Source of the DNA: an uncultured Opitutaceae bacterium | GTDB lineage: Bacteria > Verrucomicrobiota > Verrucomicrobiia > Opitutales > Opitutaceae | Length of the DNA stretch: 64,000 nucleotides | Assembly (NCBI GenBank): GCA_964565475.1 | Contig: CAZMFB010000011.1 | Coordinates: forward strand, 12,137-76,136 | Direction: 5' to 3' | Shown here: piece by piece, positions 41,203 through 52,143 of the stretch | Layout of the letters: every line of letters begins with the position of its first letter | How positions within the stretch are numbered: position 1 is the stretch's first letter | Made by a program: the position numbers and the translations under genes | The notes under the pieces: model-generated | The model's input: only the letters and a program-made list of their open reading frames with translations | Database searches by the model: none | What the model was told of the DNA's origin: nothing

Positions 41203-43239
41203 ATGTTTACCCTTCCCCGCCCATCCCATGCGCGGCATCTCGCCGCACTGACCTTCCTCACCCTTGCCTGCTTCTGCCGGGCGCTGGACGAGGCTCCGGT
41301 CGTCGTCCCGCTCAATGCCTTCTTTGACTCCCAGTCCATCCGGCAGATGGCCCTCTCGTCGGATGGCAACAAGGTTGCCATGATCGCGCCGAACAGCGGC
41401 CGCTACAGCCTCGCCGTGCTCGACACCACCAACGGCAAGGTCAGCGTCGTGGTGCACTTCAAGGACGAGAATATCCGCAGTGTCTTCTGGAAGGGCAACG
41501 ACCGCCTTATCTTCACGTCCGCCGTCGAGGGCCATGAGATCCCCTTGCTTGCCTCCACCGACCTCGCCGGCAAATCCGTGAAACGGATCCTTGAGCCCCG
41601 CCGCAACAAGGACGATTTCTCCATCTTTTTTGGCAGTCTCGCCGACCGCTTCCCTTCCAGTGAGGATCACATCCTCATCACCGGACTCACGGGTGAATCC
41701 GACGGCCGGAAGATCAATCCCAGCATTCCGCGCAGCATCTCCCCTTTCGTCTACAAGGTGAATGTCGAGACCGGTAAACGCCAGCAGGTCATCGGCCTGG
41801 ATCGGGGAGTTTCAGCCGGTTATTTTGATGCCAACGCGCAACAGCGCCTCACGGCCGTGGAAGAGAACGGGAAGGTCTTCTTCAAGGTCCGCGAGAAGAA
41901 CGACCGGCCGTTGCAGACCCTCGCCTCCTTCGATCCGTTGGATATCCGTTGGGGCGTCCTCGGTATTCTGGCGGATGGCCGCACGGCCTACGTCGTGGAT
42001 GCCACCGAGCAGGATCGGGGTGTCCTCCGGACACTCGACACCGACACTGGACGGCTGGGTGACATCCTGCTCGATCCGCCCGAGGGCGAGATCAACGCCG
42101 CCATCTTCTCCCCGAAGCGGGACCGCCTGCTCGGCGTCGCGGTCGAGAGCGACAGGCTCAGGTTCCATTGGTTTGACTCCAAGTGGAAGGCCGTGGCCCA
42201 GGCCATCGAGTCGCAGATGCAGAATGCCATTGTCAGCATCGGATCGATCTCGGATGACGAAAAGCGCTTCCTCTTCAGGGTCTCCTCGGATCGCGATCCC
42301 GGGGCCTATTTTCTGGGCGACCTGAGGGGTGAGGGACTGCGCGTGCAGCCGATCAACGCCGTCCGCCCGGCGATCAAACCCGAGCTGATGAGCCCGATGG
42401 AGCCGATCAAGTTCAGGGCGCGGGATGGCATGGTGATCCATGGCTATCTGACCAAGCCCCGCGGTTTCGCCAGCAACAAGACCCCCTTGCTGGTCAATCC
42501 GCACGGCGGTCCCTTCGGTCCCCGCGATTCCTGGGGTTTCAACCCCGAGGTGCAGTTTCTGGCCAACCGCGGGTATGCGGTCCTGCAGGTTAACTTCCGG
42601 GGCTCGGGCGGCTACGGCGCCGCCTTCACCCAGGCCGGTTTTCTGGAGTGGGGCGGCAAGATGCAGGACGACCTCACGGATGCCGTGAAATGGGTCATCG
42701 CCCAGGGCTGGGCCGATCCTGACCGGGTTGGCATCATCGGGGCCAGCTATGGCGGCTATGCGGCGCTCGCCGGTGTTACCATGACGCCCGAGCTTTACAA
42801 GGTGGGCATCAATTATGTCGGGGTTTCCGACCTGAGGCTTATCACACGCTACGATCTCGGCCCGCGCGGCTCCACCAAGACCTTCTTCGAGAAGGCCGTG
42901 GGCAAGGACCCGGCATTCCTGGCCGCGCGTTCACCCGTTGAGCATGTGTCCAAGATCCGGGTGCCCACGCTGCATGCCTACGGACGCAATGACCCCCGCG
43001 TTGAATTCGTGCATTGGGAGGCCCTTGAGCGGGAACTCAAGAAGCACGGCAAGACCTACGAGATCCTCATCGAGGATGCCGAGGGGCACGGCTTCGAAAA
43101 GGAGGAGACGGCCAGCAAGTTCTATGGCGCCGTGGAGGACTTTCTCGCCCGCTACATGCCGTCCGACACCCTCAAGGCCCGCATTGAAATCGGGCCGACC
43201 AAGGCCCTTGAGCTGCCCGCCAAGGCCAAGACCGAGTAA
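41203..43239 (+). CDS. S9 family (prolyl oligopeptidase-like) serine peptidase
   Basis: PHGGP, NFRGSGGYG, GASYGGY nucleophile elbow, DPRV, EGHGF. Confidence 0.93.
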   Translation: MFTLPRPSHARHLAALTFLTLACFCRALDEAPVVVPLNAFFDSQSIRQMALSSDGNKVAMIAPNSGRYSLAVLDTTNGKVSVVVHFKDENIRSVFWKGNDRLIFTSAVEGHEIPLLASTDLAGKSVKRILEPRRNKDDFSIFFGSLADRFPSSEDHILITGLTGESDGRKINPSIPRSISPFVYKVNVETGKRQQVIGLDRGVSAGYFDANAQQRLTAVEENGKVFFKVREKNDRPLQTLASFDPLDIRWGVLGILADGRTAYVVDATEQDRGVLRTLDTDTGRLGDILLDPPEGEINAAIFSPKRDRLLGVAVESDRLRFHWFDSKWKAVAQAIESQMQNAIVSIGSISDDEKRFLFRVSSDRDPGAYFLGDLRGEGLRVQPINAVRPAIKPELMSPMEPIKFRARDGMVIHGYLTKPRGFASNKTPLLVNPHGGPFGPRDSWGFNPEVQFLANRGYAVLQVNFRGSGGYGAAFTQAGFLEWGGKMQDDLTDAVKWVIAQGWADPDRVGIIGASYGGYAALAGVTMTPELYKVGINYVGVSDLRLITRYDLGPRGSTKTFFEKAVGKDPAFLAARSPVEHVSKIRVPTLHAYGRNDPRVEFVHWEALERELKKHGKTYEILIEDAEGHGFEKEETASKFYGAVEDFLARYMPSDTLKARIEIGPTKALELPAKAKTE

Positions 43240-43269
43240 ACCGCCCGGCGGACCGCCCGCCCGGGTCTT

Positions 43270-44226
43270 TCATCCGCGTTTTTGGGCGATGAGCTGCTCC
43301 AGCTTCACGATGTCCGCAGCGAAAAGGCGGATGCCCTCCGCCGTCTTGTCCACCGCCATCGGATCCTCATTGAACGCGTAGCGGAAACTTTTCTCGTCGT
43401 AACTCACCCTGCCCAGGCTGGCACCGGCCGCAACCGAAGGGTCGAGCTTGCGCGGCAGCGGCTCCGTCGAAGCCTGCAGTTCACCCAGTAATTGCGGGCT
43501 GATGGTCAGCAGGTCGCAGCCGGCCAGCTCGGTGATCTGGCCCTTGTTGCGGAATGACGCCCCCATCACCTCGGTTTGGTGGCCGAATTTCTTGAAATAC
43601 GTGTAGATCTGGGTGACGGATTTCACGCCCGGGTCCTCGGCCGGGGCATAATCCTTGCCCGTGTTTTTCCTATACCAGTCGAAAATACGGCCGACAAAGG
43701 GTGAGATGAGCTGCACCTTCGCCTCCGCACAGGCCACCGCCTGGGCGAAAGAGAACAGCAGGGTCAGGTTGCAATTGATGCCTTCCTTCTGGAGTTGCTC
43801 GGCCGCCTTGATGCCCTCCCAGGTGGCGGCCAGTTTGATCAGGATCCGTGCCCGTGGCGTGCCGCTCTTCTCGTAACGCGCGATGATCTCACGGGCCTTG
43901 GCGACACTGCCGTCACGATCGAAGCTCAGGCGCGCATCCACCTCGGTCGAGACCCGGCCGGGCACGATCTTGAGGATCTCATTGCCGAATAGGACGAGCA
44001 GGCCGTCGATCACCTGCCCGGGAGGCGCCGCCTTGCCCGCGTCGGCGACCGCTTTGTCCAGCAGCCAGGCGTAGCCGGGCATCGCCGCCGCCTTGAGGAT
44101 CAGGCTGGGATTGGTTGTCGCATCCCGGGGTGCATATTCCTGCATGCTCGCGAAATCACCCGTGTCCGCTACCACCACGGTCATCTGCTTCAGTTGTTCG
44201 AGTTGCGATAGGGCGGTGGTGCTCAT
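43270..44226 (-). CDS. tal: Transaldolase
   Basis: [52 protein letters not shown]. Confidence 0.97.
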   Translation of the reverse strand: MSTTALSQLEQLKQMTVVVADTGDFASMQEYAPRDATTNPSLILKAAAMPGYAWLLDKAVADAGKAAPPGQVIDGLLVLFGNEILKIVPGRVSTEVDARLSFDRDGSVAKAREIIARYEKSGTPRARILIKLAATWEGIKAAEQLQKEGINCNLTLLFSFAQAVACAEAKVQLISPFVGRIFDWYRKNTGKDYAPAEDPGVKSVTQIYTYFKKFGHQTEVMGASFRNKGQITELAGCDLLTISPQLLGELQASTEPLPRKLDPSVAAGASLGRVSYDEKSFRYAFNEDPMAVDKTAEGIRLFAADIVKLEQLIAQKRG

Positions 44227-45659
44227 GATAGGGTTGCAAGGGTGAGCCCCGGCGGCTGGGTCCGCAAATAATTTTCCAACCACGTTACGGCGCCGGCCTC
44301 GTCGTTGAAGGCACCGTCGAGTTGCGACTCGAAGGCCGCGTCGAGCGCCACCTTGAAGGCTGGCCCCGGCGCATAGCCCTTCGCCACCAGATGGCGCCCC
44401 TGCAGGATGGGGCGCGGCGCGGCGCGCTCGACCTCCAGCCTGCCGGCCACCGTCCGCAGCTGATCGATGCGCCGCATGGTGTCGTGCGCGATCAACGGCG
44501 GACGCCCCAGATGGTCCGCCGTCATCACGGCGATCAATTCCTCGAGGGTGGCGGGTGCGATCTTGCGTGCCAGCCGTCGCACAGTCGTGTCCCTGAACTC
44601 CGTCTGGCCGTGATGATGCGCCAGGTGATGCACCACCAATGGAGGCACACGCTCGACCACGGCGGCGGGCGCTCCGATGCGGCGCAAAAATGCCTCGGCC
44701 ACCGGCCCGCCCGCGGCCTCATGGCCGGGGCTGACCCAGCGCAGCATTCCCCGCCGCTCTGCGTGCGCCGTGGTTGTGGCCTTGCCGAAATCATGCGCCA
44801 GCACCGCCAGCATCAGGACGCGCCGGGTCTCGGCCCCGGCGTTCTGCCAGACCGGCAGTCCGGCCAGTGCGTCCACGCAGTGGGCTGTGTGGGTCAGCAC
44901 ATCCCCTTCCGGATGCCACTCCGGTTCCTGGGGCACGCCGTCAATCGCTGCGAGTTCAGGGAAGTGCTGCAACCACCCGCATTCCTTCAAGGCGCGCAGT
45001 CCGAACGAGGGTTTGGCGGACTTCACCGCCCATTTGTCCCACTCGCCCCAGATGCGCTCGACCGGCAGCTCGGCGAATGTCCCGGCGATGGCCTCGCATT
45101 CCCGCGCCGTCTCCGGGGCCAGCGTCAGCTCGAATCGTCCCGCCAGCTGAAAACCCCTCAATACACGCAGCGGATCGTCACGGAAAGCCGGACCGGCGTG
45201 ACGCAGCACGCGCAGCTGCAGGTCTCGCCGGCCGCCCAATGGATCGATGATCCGCCCGTCGAATGGATCGTAGGCGATGGCGTTGATGGTAAAGTCGCGC
45301 CGGGCGGCGGCCTCTCTTTCCGTGATAATTGGATCGGGCTCCACGGCAAAGCCCCGGTGTCCGGCACCGGTCTTGGACTCGCGTCGCGGCAGGCTGAAAT
45401 CGTATTCCACGCCGGCGATGCGCAGCTTGATCACACCGAAACTGCGTCCGACCAAGTTGGTCGCGCCGAACGGCGCGAGGATCCGGCCCAGCGCGTCCAA
45501 TCCCAAGCCGAAGACTTCGATATCAAAATCCTTGGGTTCCAGGCCGAGCAACCAGTCGCGCACCCCGCCACCCACGATATGCGGCCGTCCTCCACCGGCG
45601 CGCACCGCCTCCAATGCCGCCCGCAGGGGCTGGGAGATGGGCAGGGCGGCGGTTTTCAT
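44223..45659 (-). CDS. CCA-adding enzyme/poly(A) polymerase family protein with HD domain
   Basis: [43 protein letters not shown]. Confidence 0.9.
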   Translation of the reverse strand: MKTAALPISQPLRAALEAVRAGGGRPHIVGGGVRDWLLGLEPKDFDIEVFGLGLDALGRILAPFGATNLVGRSFGVIKLRIAGVEYDFSLPRRESKTGAGHRGFAVEPDPIITEREAAARRDFTINAIAYDPFDGRIIDPLGGRRDLQLRVLRHAGPAFRDDPLRVLRGFQLAGRFELTLAPETARECEAIAGTFAELPVERIWGEWDKWAVKSAKPSFGLRALKECGWLQHFPELAAIDGVPQEPEWHPEGDVLTHTAHCVDALAGLPVWQNAGAETRRVLMLAVLAHDFGKATTTAHAERRGMLRWVSPGHEAAGGPVAEAFLRRIGAPAAVVERVPPLVVHHLAHHHGQTEFRDTTVRRLARKIAPATLEELIAVMTADHLGRPPLIAHDTMRRIDQLRTVAGRLEVERAAPRPILQGRHLVAKGYAPGPAFKVALDAAFESQLDGAFNDEAGAVTWLENYLRTQPPGLTLATLS

Positions 45660-45744
45660 GGCAGTGCCCAACGTGGCCCCAATTTCCGGTGGTGCAAGGC
45701 CAGTGGCAGCTTGCGCTTCCGGCCTGATGGCTCAGATTACGGCC

Positions 45745-47262
45745 ATGAAAACCCCGAACTGGCTGCTTGTGCTGGTGGGCGTGCTCTTTCTGGCCAACGG
45801 CGCGGCATTGATCGCCACGTGTGGCGGCGGGGGCGGGGGCGGAGCAGGCGGGGCCGCCGCCGGGGGCATGCAACGCCCGGCAGGCAAGCCCGAGGTCTAT
45901 CGCGTGCCTTGGACGCTGCATCAGGAAGGCGTCCTTCCGGTCAAACCGGACACCGTGCTGGTGCTGCTTTGGTTTCCGGCCAGCCTGGATGCCGCCGGCA
46001 CATCGCCGCTCCTGACTTCACGCACGCTGACGCAAGCGGCGGCCCGGGGCATCACCCCGATCTTGATCCGGCCCGAAGGGGAGGAAATTCGCGGCCATTA
46101 CCGGATCAACGCCGACCAGCAGGCCGCCGTTTTGGTCGCGCCCGATGGAATGGAAATTGGCCGGGTGGCCGCAGGAACTTTTGACCCCGTTGCGGTGGAG
46201 AAATTGGTCTCCAGGGAAATCAACGACCGCGAGAAGACCGCCAAGGCCTTGCTTGATGCGGCGGAAAAACGGGTCAAATCAGGCGACAAGTCAGCGCTTG
46301 CGGATTTGCAGGCAGTGTGGGCCCAGCGCGCGTTGTTTCCCGCCCTCGGCAAGCGGGCGGCAAAGGCCCTGCAGAAATTGGGCGTCAAGGTGGGATGGGT
46401 CGAGCTCGAACGCCTCGGACCCGATGCACTCTCCGATCCCGACGTCACTGGACTGCATGGAAGGGTCGAGGAGGTGCTGCGGCTTGGCTTGGATGCAGAA
46501 TTGGCGGCCAACTACGAGGAGGCCCGGCGTTATTATGAGCAGGCCGTCGAGCTCGACCCGGCGGATGTGACCGCATTGCGGTTCCTCGGCGAATTCTACC
46601 GGCACCACACCGGGGAGTGGAACAAGGCCGGCCGCATCTTCCGCCGCATCATCACCCAGCCCGCCGATCCGGTCGCCCGTGCCGTGGCCCTCCACGGCCT
46701 CGGCAAGATGACGATCCACGCCGGGCGCTACGCCGCCGGCCTCAAGCTGTTCGAAGAGTCTCTCGCCGAGTATCCGCTCCCGATTACCCACCGCAATCTG
46801 GCGGTATTCTGGTTTTCCGAAAAGGAAGACCAGAAGGCCGCGTCCTACATGCGACAGGCCCTGGCCCTTGCGCCCGACGATCCCTACAACCAGGTGTTCG
46901 CCGCCGTCTATCTGGCCGCCGCCGGTCAGACCGCCGAGGCGGTGAAGATTGCCGAGGCCAACCACGGGTTGATGGACGCAAGTTACAACCTTGCCGCCAT
47001 CTGGGCCCAGGCGGGGGACCGGGGAAAAGCGATGCGCTACCTGCGCCGGCATTTCCTCGAATACGAGCGCTACGAGGCCGTCCGGGCCATGGAGATGAAG
47101 GAGGCGCGCGAAGACTGGATGTTCGCGAATCTCTATCCGGTGCGCGAGTTCGATGAGCTCACGCAAGGGGCGAAAAACGCGTGGATGGTCGGCCTCGAGT
47201 GGTGTGACCCCAGTCAACTCACCCCTGTGCTGGGCCCGCCCGGTCCCCGGACCATGCGTTGA
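45745..47262 (+). CDS. Secreted tetratricopeptide-repeat protein
   Basis: Signal peptide, Gly-rich linker, TPR-like helices (YEQAVELDP, QALALAPDDP, YNLAAIWA). Confidence 0.75.
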   Translation: MKTPNWLLVLVGVLFLANGAALIATCGGGGGGGAGGAAAGGMQRPAGKPEVYRVPWTLHQEGVLPVKPDTVLVLLWFPASLDAAGTSPLLTSRTLTQAAARGITPILIRPEGEEIRGHYRINADQQAAVLVAPDGMEIGRVAAGTFDPVAVEKLVSREINDREKTAKALLDAAEKRVKSGDKSALADLQAVWAQRALFPALGKRAAKALQKLGVKVGWVELERLGPDALSDPDVTGLHGRVEEVLRLGLDAELAANYEEARRYYEQAVELDPADVTALRFLGEFYRHHTGEWNKAGRIFRRIITQPADPVARAVALHGLGKMTIHAGRYAAGLKLFEESLAEYPLPITHRNLAVFWFSEKEDQKAASYMRQALALAPDDPYNQVFAAVYLAAAGQTAEAVKIAEANHGLMDASYNLAAIWAQAGDRGKAMRYLRRHFLEYERYEAVRAMEMKEAREDWMFANLYPVREFDELTQGAKNAWMVGLEWCDPSQLTPVLGPPGPRTMR

Positions 47263-47307
47263 TCCAGGGCCGCTTCGGTCAGCGAGGCAGCCTGGCCGTC
47301 GGCCGGC

Positions 47308-47697
47308 CTATTTTGCGCTGAATGCACTCCACGCCAGCAGGGCCCAGCCGGCGAGGAAGGCGAGTCCGCCCAAGGGTGTGACGGGGCCCAACAGCTTCGG
47401 GCCGCCCAGTGCCAGCCAGTAAAGCGAGCCGCTGAATAGGATCACCCCACCGGTCCAGAACCAGCCCGCCCACAGGGCAGGGGAGGGCACGCTTGCCGTG
47501 CCGCGCCAATATGCCGCCAAGGCCAGCAAGGCCACGCTGTGCACCAGATGGTAGAGCACGGCAGTCTGCCAGGTCCCGGTGCTGCCACGTTCGGCAAGGG
47601 TGTCCTTGAGTGCATGTGCCCCGAAGGCCCCGAGCGCCACACCTAGAAACCCGAGCACACCCGCGGCCACGACCAGACCTCTGATGGATTCCTGCAT
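47308..47697 (-). CDS. DUF423 (YgdD/TMEM256) membrane protein
   Basis: GAFGAHAL, TAVLYHLVH, FSGSLY, VTPLGG. Confidence 0.92.
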   Translation of the reverse strand: MQESIRGLVVAAGVLGFLGVALGAFGAHALKDTLAERGSTGTWQTAVLYHLVHSVALLALAAYWRGTASVPSPALWAGWFWTGGVILFSGSLYWLALGGPKLLGPVTPLGGLAFLAGWALLAWSAFSAK

Positions 47698-47874
47698 GGA
47701 CTGCAGGGTGTGCTGCCAGGGGTGCTTTTGCAAAGCTCCAAGAACCGGGAATCTGTGCCCGGCTTAACCCACTTGCCGCCAGTGGTTAATCACATTCACC
47801 CCCGATCCGGGTTTGTTCATGCTTCATAGTTGACAGGCCAAATCGAAATCCTTCCCTTTGGCCCCTTTCCGCAA

Positions 47875-48300
47875 ATGAAAACGTATTTGGCCAAGAAAGA
47901 AACAGTGCAGCCGAAGTGGTATCTGATCGATGCCGACGGCAAGGTCCTCGGCCGTCTCGCCGTCCAGATCGCCAACCTCCTCCGCGGCCGCACCAAGGCC
48001 ACCTACACCCCCCATGTCGACACCGGCGACTTCGTCATTGTCATCAACGCCCGCAAGGTGGTGCTGACCGGCAAGAAGGAGACTTCGACCAGCTACATGT
48101 CGTTTTCCGGCTACGTCGGTGGCGAGAAATACCGCAAACTCACCGAGGTGCGCACGCGCAAGCCCGAATTCATCATCATGCAGGCCGTCAAGGGCATGCT
48201 CCCCAAGAACTACCTTGCCCGCAAGATGCTCACCAAGCTCCGCGTCTTCCCCGGAGCTGAGCACCCCCATGTCGCGCAGAATCCCGTGACCCTCAAGTGA
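47875..48300 (+). CDS. rplM: 50S ribosomal protein L13
   Basis: [36 protein letters not shown]. Confidence 0.98.
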   Translation: MKTYLAKKETVQPKWYLIDADGKVLGRLAVQIANLLRGRTKATYTPHVDTGDFVIVINARKVVLTGKKETSTSYMSFSGYVGGEKYRKLTEVRTRKPEFIIMQAVKGMLPKNYLARKMLTKLRVFPGAEHPHVAQNPVTLK

Positions 48301-48308
48301 GTTTATCC

Positions 48309-48707
48309 ATGAGCGCTGAAACCACCGTTTTTCTCGGCACCGGCCGCCGCAAGACCTCCACCGCCCGCGTCCGCCTCGTCGCCGGCTCGGGCAAGCTGAC
48401 GGCCAACCGCCTCGGCTTCGACGCCTACTTCAAGCACGAGAATTTCGCCCGCCGGGCCGCCGCCCCGCTCGGCACCGCCGATGCCAAGGACAAGTTTGAT
48501 GTCATCGCCAACATCTCCGGCGGCGGCACCAGCGCCCAGGCCGGCGCCGTGGCCCACGGCATTGCCCGGGCCCTGCTCAAGTTCAATCCCGAGCTGCGCG
48601 TGCAGCTCAAGAAAGCCGGCCACCTCACCCGCGATCCCCGCGAGAAAGAGCGCAAGAAGGCCGGCCAGCCCGGCGCCCGCAAGCGCTTCCAGTTCTCGAA
48701 GCGCTGA
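48309..48707 (+). CDS. rpsI: 30S ribosomal protein S9
   Basis: [38 protein letters not shown]. Confidence 0.98.
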   Translation: MSAETTVFLGTGRRKTSTARVRLVAGSGKLTANRLGFDAYFKHENFARRAAAPLGTADAKDKFDVIANISGGGTSAQAGAVAHGIARALLKFNPELRVQLKKAGHLTRDPREKERKKAGQPGARKRFQFSKR

Positions 48708-48831
48708 GCGCCCGTCGCGCAGTCCAAACTTCCCGAAGCGGAGCGCCCCGGCGGCCTCCGCTTCCTTCATTTGGGCGTAACGAAACTTCTCGATTCGGAC
48801 GCCCATCTGCTCAAGTCTCCCCACCCCAGAA

Positions 48832-49863
48832 ATGAACGTCGGCGTTGTCGGTGCCGCCGGTTACTCCGGCGAAGTTCTTGTCAGGCTCCTCCTCGGCCAT
48901 CCCCGCGTGAAGTTGGTGGCCGTCACCTCACGCCAGCATGCCGGCAAGACCGTCTCTCTCGTCATCCCCGCCCTCCGCGGCACCGCGGCCGATGCGCTGA
49001 ATTTCAGCGATTCCGATCCGGCCGCACTCGCGGCCCGCGCTGATGTGATCCTCTGGTTTCTCGCCTTGCCGCACGGCGCCGCGGCGGATTTCGCCAAGGT
49101 TCTCGTCCCGGCCGGCCGGCGCGTCATCGACCTCAGCGCCGACTTCCGGGTCGCCACGCTCGCCATCTACGAGAAATACTATGGCGCCCACCACGCCCCG
49201 GCGCTGCTGCCGCAAGCCCGATTCGTCCTGCCCGAGTTGACCGACCCGAGATGGCGCAACGAGATCAAGCTCGCCGCCGCCCCGGGCTGTTATCCGACGG
49301 GAGCGCTCGTCCCGCTGGCTCCGCTCCTGCGCGCGGGCCTCGTGTCGCGCGAACATGTCGTCATCAACTCCTTTTCCGGGGTCAGCGGCGCGGGCCGGAA
49401 GGCGGAGGAGCAATACCTCTTCGTCGAGCGTGCCGAAAGCGCCAAGGCCTACGGTCTCACCAGGCACCGCCATCTCGCCGAGATCGAGGAACAGCTTTCT
49501 TTGGCCGCCGGTGCACCCGTGATAGTCCAGTTCAATCCGCACCTTGCCCCCATGCGCCGTGGCATCGCCACGACCATCACCGTGCCCGCCGTGCCCGGCG
49601 CCACGCTCGAGGCCGTGTTCGCCGCCTGGCGCGCAGCCTACACCGGCCGGCCCTTCGTGCACATCCTGGCGCCAGGCGAAACCCCCGACACCGCGCTCGT
49701 CACCGGCACCAATCGCATCGATCTGGGCGCCGCCCACGACCCCCGCACCGGCAACTTTGTGCTCACGTCCGCCGAGGACAACCTCGTGAAGGGTGCCAGC
49801 GGACAGGCCGTCCAGATCATGAACCTCTGGTGCGGCTTCGCTGAGACGGACGGGCTGCACTGA
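48832..49863 (+). CDS. argC: N-acetyl-gamma-glutamyl-phosphate reductase
   Basis: GAAGYSG, LALPHG, IDLSADFR, PGCYPT, DNLVKGASGQAVQ. Confidence 0.97.
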   Translation: MNVGVVGAAGYSGEVLVRLLLGHPRVKLVAVTSRQHAGKTVSLVIPALRGTAADALNFSDSDPAALAARADVILWFLALPHGAAADFAKVLVPAGRRVIDLSADFRVATLAIYEKYYGAHHAPALLPQARFVLPELTDPRWRNEIKLAAAPGCYPTGALVPLAPLLRAGLVSREHVVINSFSGVSGAGRKAEEQYLFVERAESAKAYGLTRHRHLAEIEEQLSLAAGAPVIVQFNPHLAPMRRGIATTITVPAVPGATLEAVFAAWRAAYTGRPFVHILAPGETPDTALVTGTNRIDLGAAHDPRTGNFVLTSAEDNLVKGASGQAVQIMNLWCGFAETDGLH

Positions 49864-49880
49864 CTTTCGGACACGCATCC

Positions 49881-51113
49881 ATGACACAACTCATCCTGCA
49901 TCCTGACTCAGCCGGCATCACCGATGTGCCCGGGTTCGAAGCGGCCGGCGTCGCCTGCGACATCCGCCAAAAAAACGACCTGAAACGCCTGGATCTCGCG
50001 CTGCTCTTCTCGTTGCGGCCCTGCACAGCCGCGGGCACCTTCACGAAGAATGCGGTCAAGGCCGCACCCGTGGTGCTCAGCCAGAAACACCTCGCGGAAG
50101 GAAGTCCCTTTCATGGCATCGTCGTGAACAGCGGCAACGCCAACGCCTGCACCGGCGCCGCCGGCCTGCGTGACGCCCAGGCCATGGCGCAGCGCGCGGC
50201 CGCCTCCCTCAACCTCAAGCCCACGTCGTTCTTCGTCGCCTCCACCGGCCGCATCGGCCAACCGCTCCCCATGGACCGCGTGCTCAAGGGCCTTGAGCGC
50301 GCCGTCACGGAGAAGGGCCGGACACCGGCCCACGGCAAGAAGGCCGCCGAGGCCATCCTCACCTCCGACACCCGGGCCAAGACCGTCACCGTCTCCTTCA
50401 CCTACGACGGCAAGAAGCACGTCGTCGCCGGATTCGCCAAGGGTGCCGGCATGATCCAGCCCGACATGGCGACCATGCTCGCTTTCCTTGCCACCGATTT
50501 CTCCGTGCCGAAGAGCTTTCTCCAGAAGACGCTCTCCGAGGCGGTTGCGGGCACTTTCAACTGCATCACCGTCGACGGCGACATGAGCACCAATGATACC
50601 GTGTTCATCCTCGCCAACGGGCATTCCGGGGTGAGCGTCGGCGACAAAAGCCCCCGTGCCCTGCGCGAGCTCTTTGCCGAGGCCGTCTGGAAGGTCTGCG
50701 AACAGCTGGCCGAGAAAATCGTCTCCGACGGAGAAAAGATCACCAAGGTTGTCGAGGTGAAGGTGCAGGGGGCGGTTTCGGACGAGGAAGCCGAAAAGGT
50801 GGCGCGTGCGATCGGCAACTCCTTGCTCGTGAAATCCTCCTGGTATGGCGGTGATCCCAACTGGGGCCGCCTCGCCGATGCCGCCGGCTACGCGGGTGCC
50901 AGACTTAACGAGGCCAAGCTCGACATCTACTATAACGACACGCCCGCCATGACCGCGGGCACGCCGCATCCCGAATTGAAACCGAAGTGGAAGGAGATCG
51001 TGGCCGCGCGCCGGTTCACCGTCCGCCTTGACCTGCATCTCGGCAAGGGCGCTTTCCGCCTCCTCGCCACCGACCTCAGCGAAGGCTACGTGAATTACAA
51101 CAAGAGCGAGTGA
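49881..51113 (+). CDS. argJ: Ornithine acetyltransferase/N-acetylglutamate synthase
   Basis: NSGNANACTG, KGAGMIQPDMATML, VDGDMSTNDT, DPNWGR. Confidence 0.97.
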   Translation: MTQLILHPDSAGITDVPGFEAAGVACDIRQKNDLKRLDLALLFSLRPCTAAGTFTKNAVKAAPVVLSQKHLAEGSPFHGIVVNSGNANACTGAAGLRDAQAMAQRAAASLNLKPTSFFVASTGRIGQPLPMDRVLKGLERAVTEKGRTPAHGKKAAEAILTSDTRAKTVTVSFTYDGKKHVVAGFAKGAGMIQPDMATMLAFLATDFSVPKSFLQKTLSEAVAGTFNCITVDGDMSTNDTVFILANGHSGVSVGDKSPRALRELFAEAVWKVCEQLAEKIVSDGEKITKVVEVKVQGAVSDEEAEKVARAIGNSLLVKSSWYGGDPNWGRLADAAGYAGARLNEAKLDIYYNDTPAMTAGTPHPELKPKWKEIVAARRFTVRLDLHLGKGAFRLLATDLSEGYVNYNKSE

Positions 51114-51227
51114 GGCCACCGCGGCGTATTTTTTTCGTGTAATCGCGACGCGTTGGCTTAGAAAATCACGCTTCCTCATCCGCTCGATGCGCGCCGCGCC
51201 CCCCACCTGTTACCCTGCCTGATTGCG

Positions 51228-52109
51228 ATGGACGTCAACGAAGTCATCGCCAAGTCGCGCGTGCTGCTTGAGGCCCTGCCCTACATCCAGGACTTCCGCG
51301 GTTCCACTTTCGTCGTCAAATACGGCGGCAGTTTCATGGACGACCCTGATCCCGCGGTGCGCAACCGTGTGGCCACCGATATCGCCTTCCTCGCCGCCGT
51401 GGGCATCAATGTCGTGGTGGTGCATGGGGGCGGCAAGGCCATCAGCCGGGCCATGGACGAGGCGGGATTGAAGCCGAGTTTCGTCAACGGCCTTCGCGTC
51501 ACGGACGAGGCGACCGTCGCCATTGTCAAAAAGACCCTTGATGAAGTCGTGAACCGGGATGTCTGCGACACGCTGACGGCGGTCAAAGCCAAGCCGAAGG
51601 GGCTGCCGGGCGACACCGTGCTCGTGTGCAACAAGCTGACGGCTGACGACAACGGCAATCCCTGCGACCTCGGCTTCGTCGGCGATGTCGCCGAGGTGAA
51701 GGTGAAGCTCATCAAGAAGGAGATCGCCGACGGGTTCATGCCGGTCATCTCGCCCGTGGCCGAAGGCTATGACGGCAAGCCCTACAATGTGAACGCCGAC
51801 ACGGTCGCCGGCCGCGTGGCCAGCGCGCTTCGCGCCCGCCGCCTCGTCTATATGAGCGATGTGCCCGGCCTGCTCTCCGACCCGAAGGACACCGCCTCCC
51901 TCATCTCCACGCTCAAGATTGAGGAGATCGACGGCCTCAAGAAGAGGGGTGTCATTGAGAAGGGCATGCGCCCCAAGGTGGCCAGTGCCGCGCGGGCACT
52001 GGAGGAGGGCGTGCAACGGGTCCATTTCATCGATGGCCGGCTGCCGCACAGCCTGCTCATCGAGATTTTCACCGACAAGGGCGTGGGCACGGAGATCGTC
52101 CTTGCCTGA
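51228..52109 (+). CDS. argB: Acetylglutamate kinase
   Basis: EALPYI, VVKYGG, VHGGG, GLRVTD, YNVNAD, GMRPKV. Confidence 0.97.
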   Translation: MDVNEVIAKSRVLLEALPYIQDFRGSTFVVKYGGSFMDDPDPAVRNRVATDIAFLAAVGINVVVVHGGGKAISRAMDEAGLKPSFVNGLRVTDEATVAIVKKTLDEVVNRDVCDTLTAVKAKPKGLPGDTVLVCNKLTADDNGNPCDLGFVGDVAEVKVKLIKKEIADGFMPVISPVAEGYDGKPYNVNADTVAGRVASALRARRLVYMSDVPGLLSDPKDTASLISTLKIEEIDGLKKRGVIEKGMRPKVASAARALEEGVQRVHFIDGRLPHSLLIEIFTDKGVGTEIVLA

Positions 52110-52143
52110 GGCAGCGTCCATCCCCGGCGGTGCCACCTGTTCC

